From contig OZ255842.1 of assembly GCA_965277805.1 (NCBI GenBank), positions 4,864,001-4,928,000 of the forward strand: DNA of 64,000 bases, written 5' to 3'. Below the pieces are notes generated by a model that saw only the letters and a list, made by a program, of their open reading frames with translations, had not been told where the DNA came from and searched no databases. This document shows, in pieces, positions 57,405 through 64,000 of the stretch. Origin of the DNA: Candidatus Lustribacter sp. (lineage in GTDB: Bacteria; Vulcanimicrobiota; Vulcanimicrobiia; Vulcanimicrobiales; Vulcanimicrobiaceae). The position numbers were made by a program, and so were the translations under genes. Every line of letters begins with the position of its first letter. Within the stretch, counting starts at the first letter, position 1.

Positions 57405-58755
57405 CGGCGGCCGGCCGCCGGCCGTTCACCGGGTTCTCGACGAACCGCGCATCGCGCGGTTCGTTCCCGTTCTTGGCGCCGCTGCGGTCAAAGCACACGT
57501 CGTCGCCGCGATCGACGAGCAGCGCGCGGCCTTACGGGCCGGCGACGGTGACGTCTCGGGCGACACGGTCGTCGACGCAGCGGCGCAACGCCTCATGCGC
57601 GAGGCGGCCCTCGGCCTGACCGGCGTGCTCAACGGCACCGGCGTGCTGTTGCACACCAATCTGGGGCGGGCGCCGCTCGCGGCCGAAGCGCTGGACGCGG
57701 TCGCCGATGCGGCGGCGGGCTACTCGAACCTCGAGTTCGACTTGGAGAGCGGCGAGCGCGGTTCGCGCTACGACCGGCTCGGCGGCTTGCTGACCGCCGC
57801 GACCGGCGCCGCAGCGTCGCTCGTGGTGAACAACTGCGCGGCCGCGATGCTGCTGATCCTCGATACGTTCGCGCGCGGTCGCGAAGCGATCGTGGCACGC
57901 AACGCGCTGATCGAAATCGGCGGCGGTTTCCGCTTACCGGACGTCCTCGCGCGCAGCGGCGCGACGCTCGTGGAAGTGGGCGCGACGAACAAGGTGTACG
58001 TGGCGGATTTCGCACGCGCGCTTTCGCCTAACACCGGGTTGATTTTACGCGCCCATCCGTCGAACTACCGCATCAGCGGCTTCGTCGCCGACGTTGTACC
58101 GGCGGAGCTGGCCGCGCTCGGACGGAGCGTCGGCGTGCCGGTGATCGAGGATCTCGGCACCGGCGCATTGTTCGACTTGCGCCCCTATGGATTGCCGTAC
58201 GAACGCACGGTGCGTGACGCGGTATCGGATGGGATGGAACTCACCGCGTTTTCCGGCGACAAGCTGCTCGGCGGTCCGCAGGCCGGCATCATCGTGGGCA
58301 CCACCGCCGCAATTGCGCGCTTGCGCGCGAACCCGCTGTTGCGCGCGTTGCGGGTCGACAAGGCGACGCTTGCCGCGCTCGCCGCGACCCTGCGCCTGCA
58401 CGCTGATGCGGCGACGCGCGAACGCATCCCGCTCTTCCGCATGCTGGCCGCGCCGCTCGAAACGTTGCGCGAGCGCGGCCGCGTGCTGCAGCGGCAATTT
58501 CCCGCGCTCGCGGTGATCGACACCAAAGCATTTGCGGGCGGCGGCACGGTCCCGCTCGCGCCGATCGCATCGGCGGGCGTCGCGTTCGAACCGGCGATCG
58601 GCGCAACGGCGGCACTGGCCCGTTTGCGCGCGGCGGCGCCGCCGCTCGTGGCGCGCATCGAGGCGGCGCGCGTGGTGATCGACCTGCGCACGATCGAGCC
58701 GGCCGACGATGCGCGGGTGGCCGCGGCGCTCGCCGCGTTGTTCGCCACGAACTGA
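57388..58755 (+). CDS. selA: L-seryl-tRNA(Sec) selenium transferase (start uncertain; first ATG 57595)
   Basis: NGTGVLLHTNLGRAPL, YSNLEFDL..G.RG.R, VNNCAAA, EIGGGFR.PD, SGDKLLGGPQAG. Confidence 0.93.
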   Translation: MSSPPNGGRPPAVHRVLDEPRIARFVPVLGAAAVKAHVVAAIDEQRAALRAGDGDVSGDTVVDAAAQRLMREAALGLTGVLNGTGVLLHTNLGRAPLAAEALDAVADAAAGYSNLEFDLESGERGSRYDRLGGLLTAATGAAASLVVNNCAAAMLLILDTFARGREAIVARNALIEIGGGFRLPDVLARSGATLVEVGATNKVYVADFARALSPNTGLILRAHPSNYRISGFVADVVPAELAALGRSVGVPVIEDLGTGALFDLRPYGLPYERTVRDAVSDGMELTAFSGDKLLGGPQAGIIVGTTAAIARLRANPLLRALRVDKATLAALAATLRLHADAATRERIPLFRMLAAPLETLRERGRVLQRQFPALAVIDTKAFAGGGTVPLAPIASAGVAFEPAIGATAALARLRAAAPPLVARIEAARVVIDLRTIEPADDARVAAALAALFATN

Positions 58756-60605
58756 TGCGGGTCGTCGGCACCGCCGGCCACGTCGATCACGGCAAATCGG
58801 CGCTGGTACGCGCGCTCACCGGAACCGAACCCGATCGTTGGGAAGAAGAGCGCCGTCGCGGAATGACGCTCGATCTCGGCTTCGCGCATCTGCGTTTCGA
58901 CGACGGCATCGAAGCGGGCATCGTCGACGTCCCGGGGCACGAACGGTTCGTCCACAACATGCTCGCCGGCGCGACCGGCATGGACGTGCTGCTGCTGATC
59001 GTTGCCGCAAACGAGGGTCCGCGGCCGCAAACGTTCGAGCATCTCGCGATCCTCTCGCTGCTCGCGGTGCCGTCGGCGATCGTGGTATTGACGAAAGCCG
59101 ACCTTGTCGACGAAAACGAACTGGCTGCCGTGCGCGACGACGTGCAGATTGCCGTTGCGGGTACCGTTGCCGAAGGCGCGCCGGTGGTAGCGGTCTCCGC
59201 ACTAACGGGCGACGGCCTCGATGAATTGCGCGAGTGCATTCATGCCTCGCTGACCGGCTTGCCGCCGCGCGCCCGGCATGCACCGGCGTATCTACCGGTC
59301 GACCGCGCGTTCACGCTGACCGGACACGGCACGATCGTTACCGGCACGCTGATGCAAGGCTCGATTGCCGTCGAGCAAACGCTGACCGTGCATCCCGGCA
59401 ACCTCGAAGCGCGCGTGCGCAGCGTGGAAGTGTTCGGCGAACCGCGCGAGCGCATCGACGCCGGCGCGCGCGTCGCGGTCAACCTCTCCGGCGTGCCGCT
59501 CGATGCGATCGCGCGCGGCAGCGCGCTCACCGCGCCCGAGATCCGCTCGCAGAGCAGCTATGTGGTGCGCTTTCAGCCGCTGCCTGAAGCGCTGGAACTG
59601 TTGCGCCGGCGGATGCCGGTACGCGTGCACCTCGGCGCCGGCGAATCGTTCGGCACGCTCGTGTTCGCAGCGCGTCGGAACGATGCGCAACCGGTGGATG
59701 CGACCCTGCACTTGCGGGAAGCGGTCGCGGCCGTGCCGGGACAGCATTTCGTCGTGCGGCGCATGTCGCCGAAGACCGTGCTGGGCGGTGGCACGATCGG
59801 CACTCCGGCCGCGGGCGACGCCGAGCCCGCGCTGAGCACCGACGTCGTCGCCGTACGCACCGCGGTGGCGGGCTTCGGCGTTGCCGCAAGCGGAGCCGAC
59901 GCGATCGCGGCGGCGGCAAACGTGACGCTCGAACGGGCGGGAGAAATTCTCGCCGACGAAGCCGCCGCCGACCGTGTGTGGGAGCTGAAACGCCCCGCCG
60001 GTTACATCGCGACGGCCGCAGCCGAAGTGCTGGTCGAGCGCGTGCTCGCATCGCTCGTGCGGCGCGAGTCCGAAGCGCCGTGGATGCTCGGCGCAACGTC
60101 GCTTGCGCTCGCGCGCGAACTGGAGATCGCGGAGCCGCTGCTCGTGCGCGTCCTCGCCGCCGCGGCCGAACGGCAGCGCCTCGCCGTTCGCAGCGGCTAT
60201 TACGCGAACGTGGGCTTTGAGCCGCAGCTCACGCCGGAACAGGCAACGTTCTTCAAGGAGCACGTCCCGGTCGACGCGGCACAGCCGTTGGTTCCGGTGC
60301 CGTTCGAACCGCTGGTGCTGGAATTGCGCCGCTCGCGCATCGCCGGCTTATCGGGCGCGCTCGACACGTTATCCGCGACCGGCCGTCTCGTGCGCGTCGG
60401 CGAACACATCTACCGCGGCGAACAACTTGCCGAGATTCGCACCCGTCTCGTGCGGCTGCTGCGCGCCCAAGGACGCATCACCGCGGCCCAATTCCGCGAC
60501 GCGGTCGGCACGTCGCGCAAGTACATCGTCCCGCTGCTCGAGTTCTTCGATGCAACGGGCGTAACCGTGCGCGACGGCGACCAACGCGCCCTGCGCGAGT
60601 CTTAA
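58755..60605 (+). CDS. selB: Selenocysteine-specific elongation factor
   Basis: GTAGHVDHGKS, RGMTLDLGF, DVPGHE, TKAD, C-terminal winged helix SRKY.VPLLEFFD. Confidence 0.96.
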   Translation: MRVVGTAGHVDHGKSALVRALTGTEPDRWEEERRRGMTLDLGFAHLRFDDGIEAGIVDVPGHERFVHNMLAGATGMDVLLLIVAANEGPRPQTFEHLAILSLLAVPSAIVVLTKADLVDENELAAVRDDVQIAVAGTVAEGAPVVAVSALTGDGLDELRECIHASLTGLPPRARHAPAYLPVDRAFTLTGHGTIVTGTLMQGSIAVEQTLTVHPGNLEARVRSVEVFGEPRERIDAGARVAVNLSGVPLDAIARGSALTAPEIRSQSSYVVRFQPLPEALELLRRRMPVRVHLGAGESFGTLVFAARRNDAQPVDATLHLREAVAAVPGQHFVVRRMSPKTVLGGGTIGTPAAGDAEPALSTDVVAVRTAVAGFGVAASGADAIAAAANVTLERAGEILADEAAADRVWELKRPAGYIATAAAEVLVERVLASLVRRESEAPWMLGATSLALARELEIAEPLLVRVLAAAAERQRLAVRSGYYANVGFEPQLTPEQATFFKEHVPVDAAQPLVPVPFEPLVLELRRSRIAGLSGALDTLSATGRLVRVGEHIYRGEQLAEIRTRLVRLLRAQGRITAAQFRDAVGTSRKYIVPLLEFFDATGVTVRDGDQRALRES

Positions 60606-61036
60606 GCGAAGAGCTGCTTGCGCAGTTCGTCGAGATCTTCGACCATGTTGAGACGGACCGCATCGCCGACGGTGTGATCGGCGATGCCGCTCGAGGTGCG
60701 CATCTTGCCGCCGAGTTCGGCTGAGTGGTTGTAGCCGCGGATCGCGTCGTTGTGCTTTTTCACCGCATCGGGCGTGACGTTGCCATTTTCTTTCACCCAC
60801 GCTTCGAACTGCGCGTACGACGGATGCTTTTCGTTGACGAACGCGATCGTCTTCGCGCGATCGAGGCCGAACGCGCCGAGCGTCATGGCATCGAAGCCGT
60901 CACCGCAGAGGTCGTAGCCGGGAAACAAACGTCCCGCAGCTCCAAGCGTCAGCTTCGTCCACAGACGCGGCAGATGAAGGATGCCCAACGGACCGGATGC
61001 ATCCGAAGTAATGAGCGGAACGATAGGGTCGGCCAT
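60602..61036 (-). CDS. Conserved hypothetical protein (DUF5069-like)
   Basis: GPLG..HLPRLW.K......G.L..GY...G.GFD. Confidence 0.7.
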   Translation of the reverse strand: MADPIVPLITSDASGPLGILHLPRLWTKLTLGAAGRLFPGYDLCGDGFDAMTLGAFGLDRAKTIAFVNEKHPSYAQFEAWVKENGNVTPDAVKKHNDAIRGYNHSAELGGKMRTSSGIADHTVGDAVRLNMVEDLDELRKQLFA

Positions 61037-61127
61037 GAGATTCTCCTCGACGTGATTGCAAAAGCGCTCCCCATCGTTCGAGGAAGCCGCTCCATGTCAT
61101 CCCTCGACAAGCTCCGGAGACATACAC

Positions 61128-61162
61128 GAAAAAGAGAGCGCCGGCATGCTGCCCGGCGCTCT
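61128..61162 (-). terminator. Rho-independent terminator after the oxidoreductase beta gene
   Basis: AGAGCGCCGG/CCGGCGCTCT stem followed by CTTTTT on the minus strand. Confidence 0.7.
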
Positions 61163-61194
61163 TCATTGAAATGGCCTTCCTTAACGAAACGCGG

Positions 61195-62061
61195 CTAGCG
61201 GTATGCGTCCTGGATGCCGTGGAAACGGGTGGTGTCGTACACGTCGGCGCCGGTGAGCGGCGGCGTGTCGCCGAGGACCAGATCGTCGAACGCCGCGCGC
61301 TGCGTCTGGTAGATGATCCCGAGCGGGATCTTGCCGTCGGCGGTGAGCGCTTCGAATGCGTGCTGCTTGTTCGTGTTGTCGTAGCCTTCGATCTGCGTCA
61401 CGTCGAACACGTTCTCTTTGAACCATGCGAACGTGTTGTGCTTGTTGTAGGTCACGCAGGGCGACATCACTTCGACCACCGAGAAGCCCGGGTGTTCGAT
61501 CGCGGCTTTGATCAGTTCGATCAGCTTCTTCGGTTGCGCCGAGAAACCGCGCGCGATGAACGTGCCGCCGGCCGCCAGCGCCACGGCCATGCCGTTGAGC
61601 GGTGCGTCGGGATTGCCGCCCGGGCTCGTTCCGGTGACGTAACCGAGATCGCTGGTGGGTGAGGACTGGCCTTTGGTCAGCCCGTACGTTTGGTTGTCCA
61701 TCACGATGTAGGTGATGTTCGGATTGCGCCGCACGGCATGCAAGAAATGGCCGGCGCCGATTGCGAAGCCGTCGCCGTCACCGCCCGCGGCGATCACGGT
61801 CAGGCCGTTGTTCGCCACCTTCACCGCGGTCGCGACCGGCAGCGCACGGCCGTGCACGCCGTGGAACGCATACGAGTGCAGGTAGCCCGAGATTTTTCCC
61901 GAGCAGCCGATGCCGGAGACGAACGCGACGTCTTTCGGATTCAACGCAAGTTCCGCGCACGCCGACTTCAGCGACGCAAGGACGCCGAAGTCGCCGCAAC
62001 CCGGGCACCACCACGAGGGCGTGGCGGTTGCGAAGTCTTTGGGGGTCATCACTAAGGCCAT
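61195..62061 (-). CDS. korB: 2-oxoacid:ferredoxin oxidoreductase beta subunit
   Basis: WCPGCGD, SGIGCS, HGRALP, GGDGD, DNQTYGLTKGQ; substrate not determined. Confidence 0.92.
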   Translation of the reverse strand: MALVMTPKDFATATPSWWCPGCGDFGVLASLKSACAELALNPKDVAFVSGIGCSGKISGYLHSYAFHGVHGRALPVATAVKVANNGLTVIAAGGDGDGFAIGAGHFLHAVRRNPNITYIVMDNQTYGLTKGQSSPTSDLGYVTGTSPGGNPDAPLNGMAVALAAGGTFIARGFSAQPKKLIELIKAAIEHPGFSVVEVMSPCVTYNKHNTFAWFKENVFDVTQIEGYDNTNKQHAFEALTADGKIPLGIIYQTQRAAFDDLVLGDTPPLTGADVYDTTRFHGIQDAYR

Positions 62062-62063
62062 GG

Positions 62064-63830
62064 TTACACTCCCGCCAGGCTGACCGCGCTGCCCGTGCGG
62101 ACGGCGTCGATGATTTCGATCGGACGGAACGGCCGCCCGTTGTACTTGCGTACGTCGTGGAGTTTGTCGATCGGGCCGACGACGTGGCGGATCAGCCGTC
62201 CGAGTTGGCCCGTGTAGGTGTTCTCGACGACGTAGACCTCGTCGTTCGCTTCGAAGAACGCCTTGATGTCGTCGTCGGGAAACGGCCACAGCGTTTTCAG
62301 CTGCAGGAAGTTCACCGACTCGCCCATCTTGTTGAGGCGATCTTGCGCTTCGGCGATCGGGCCGCGGTTGCTGCCGTAGCCAATGATGCCGACGCGTGCG
62401 CCGGGCGTCGCGAACAGCTTCGCTTTCGGCAGGTCGGGCCGGGCCGTCTCCATCTTGCCCATGCGCTTTTCCATCATGCGCTTGCGGTTCTTGGCGTTCT
62501 CGGTGATCACGCCGCCGTCGTTGTGCTCGGAACCCGGCGCGAGGTGCATGCCGCCTTCCATGCCGGGAATGACGCGCGGCGAGACGTGATCTTCGGTGAA
62601 CGCGAAGCGTCGATATTCGCCGAACACGACGGGCTCGGTGAGTAGCTTGCCGCGATCAACCTGGACTGCATCGAACGAGAGACGCGGCAGCGTCGCCTTG
62701 CTCTGGCACAGTGCTTGTTCGGAGAGAATGAAGACCGGCATCTGGTACTTCTCGGCGAGGTTGAACGCGTCGATCGCCATGTAGAACGATTCTTCGACCG
62801 TTCCAGGCGCGAGCACGATCTTCGGAAACTCACCGTGCCCGCCGAAGATGATGTGCTGCAAGTTGCTCTGCTCGGTTTTCGTCGGCAGACCGGTCGACGG
62901 TCCCGCGCGCGCGCATTCGACGATGACGATCGGGATCTCGAGCGAGCTCGCGAGGCCGATACCTTCGGTCATGAGCGAGAGGCCCGGACCGCTGGTGGCC
63001 GTCATCGAGCGCACGCCGGTGAAGGCCGCGCCGATGATCATGTTGACCGCAGCCAGTTCGTCCTCGGCTTGCACGACGGCCCCGCCGTATTGCGGCAGAT
63101 ACTTGGCCATCCACTCGAGCACGTCGGTGGCCGGCGTGATCGGATAGCCCGCCATGAAGCGGCAGCCGCCGACGAGCGAGCCGTACGCGATCGCGTCGTT
63201 GCCCATCATGATCAGCCGGTCACCGTCGACGCGGTCGGCCGAGAGCGTATAGCCGGACGGCGTCGACGCGTAATGGTCGCGGACGTACTTCTCACCGGCC
63301 TCGACGGCGCGGATATTGATGTCGACGACCTTCTCGCCCTTGCGCTTGTAGACGTTGGTGACGTCGCGCCGCAAGATTTGCGGATCCATGCCGATCAGCT
63401 CGGCGATCACGCCTAGCGAAACGGTGTTGCGCACCAGCTCGAGTCCGAGATCTTCCTTGGCCATCTTGCCGATCGGGATCTCGTACCAGTTGATGTCGTC
63501 GCGGCGCAGCTCGTCCGGAATCTTCTCATCGGTGTTGTCGAAGATGATGAAGCCGCCGGGGCGCATCTCGTCGATGTGCAGCTGCACGGCCTCGAGGTCA
63601 AAGGCGACCAGGCAATCGACGAAGTCGGCCATGCCGTAGTTGGGAGTGGTTCCGGCACGGATCACGTAGTTCGTGTGTCCGCCGCGGATGCGCGAGGGGA
63701 AGTCTTTGTAGGTGTAGACTTCGAGACCCATCCGTTTGAAGACGCCGGCGATCATGTCGCCGGTCGTGAGGCTGCCGTCGCCGGCCTGACCGCCGAACAT
63801 CACTTCGATATTATTGAGGATCATCGTCAC
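62064..63830 (-). CDS. korA: 2-oxoacid:ferredoxin oxidoreductase alpha subunit
   Basis: SRIRGG, YPITPAT, QAEDELAA, TSGPG, R.GPSTGLPTK; substrate not determined. Confidence 0.93.
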   Translation of the reverse strand: MTMILNNIEVMFGGQAGDGSLTTGDMIAGVFKRMGLEVYTYKDFPSRIRGGHTNYVIRAGTTPNYGMADFVDCLVAFDLEAVQLHIDEMRPGGFIIFDNTDEKIPDELRRDDINWYEIPIGKMAKEDLGLELVRNTVSLGVIAELIGMDPQILRRDVTNVYKRKGEKVVDINIRAVEAGEKYVRDHYASTPSGYTLSADRVDGDRLIMMGNDAIAYGSLVGGCRFMAGYPITPATDVLEWMAKYLPQYGGAVVQAEDELAAVNMIIGAAFTGVRSMTATSGPGLSLMTEGIGLASSLEIPIVIVECARAGPSTGLPTKTEQSNLQHIIFGGHGEFPKIVLAPGTVEESFYMAIDAFNLAEKYQMPVFILSEQALCQSKATLPRLSFDAVQVDRGKLLTEPVVFGEYRRFAFTEDHVSPRVIPGMEGGMHLAPGSEHNDGGVITENAKNRKRMMEKRMGKMETARPDLPKAKLFATPGARVGIIGYGSNRGPIAEAQDRLNKMGESVNFLQLKTLWPFPDDDIKAFFEANDEVYVVENTYTGQLGRLIRHVVGPIDKLHDVRKYNGRPFRPIEIIDAVRTGSAVSLAGV

Positions 63831-64000
63831 TCCGGACTGAAAATTGCGTCACCCATAAGGCCAGGGCAAACTTATCTTCCGTTTCCCCAACGCAGCGTGG
63901 CAACGCCTGCCGAAGGGAATAAGGGCAGTGCAACCGGAGAGTTAGCACTCTCGGTTATGGAGTGCGAATATGGACGTTGAACGCATGACCCAGCGCGTTC

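Noticed and set aside
57072-60605. selC tRNA, selD or a UGA-recoded selenoprotein near selAB
   Set aside because: No tRNA-like cloverleaf or selD was seen, and trxA has an ordinary WCGPC.

Overview
High-GC bacterial chromosome segment. The gene repertoire and the 'LAGCGGGGS' lipoproteins suggest Vulcanimicrobiota/Eremiobacterota (inference only). Positions 1 to ~20831 are the right-hand part of an integrated mobile element whose large serine recombinase sits at a junction that cuts comEC inside the metallo-beta-lactamase HxHxDH motif; the other end lies outside the window. The element core reads integrase, repressor, excisionase-like HTH, split zinc-finger/TOPRIM/helicase replicon with an iteron cluster, tape-measure/lytic-transglycosylase-like protein, TerS, TerL. 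No portal, capsid or tail-tube gene is recognisable, so it looks like a phage satellite with an unusual TMP-terS-terL module. About 11 kb of cargo follows: a Panacea antitoxin, a papain-like/GNAT fusion, an Ivy-like protein, exported proteins and Cys-rich microproteins. The rest is host chromosome: an epimerase, a catabolic cluster (ABC transporter, two enolase-superfamily enzymes, two TauD-type dioxygenases, LysR), pncA, leuS, two surface lipoproteins, comEA, a GAF-GGDEF-STAND-TPR protein, rsfS-yqeK, rimI-tsaB-tsaE, gyrA, a hybrid histidine kinase, trxA-selA-selB and a 2-oxoacid:ferredoxin oxidoreductase. Several genes (rsfS, gyrA, selA, terL) appear to lack a canonical start codon. All calls come from reading motifs by eye; no database searches were run.
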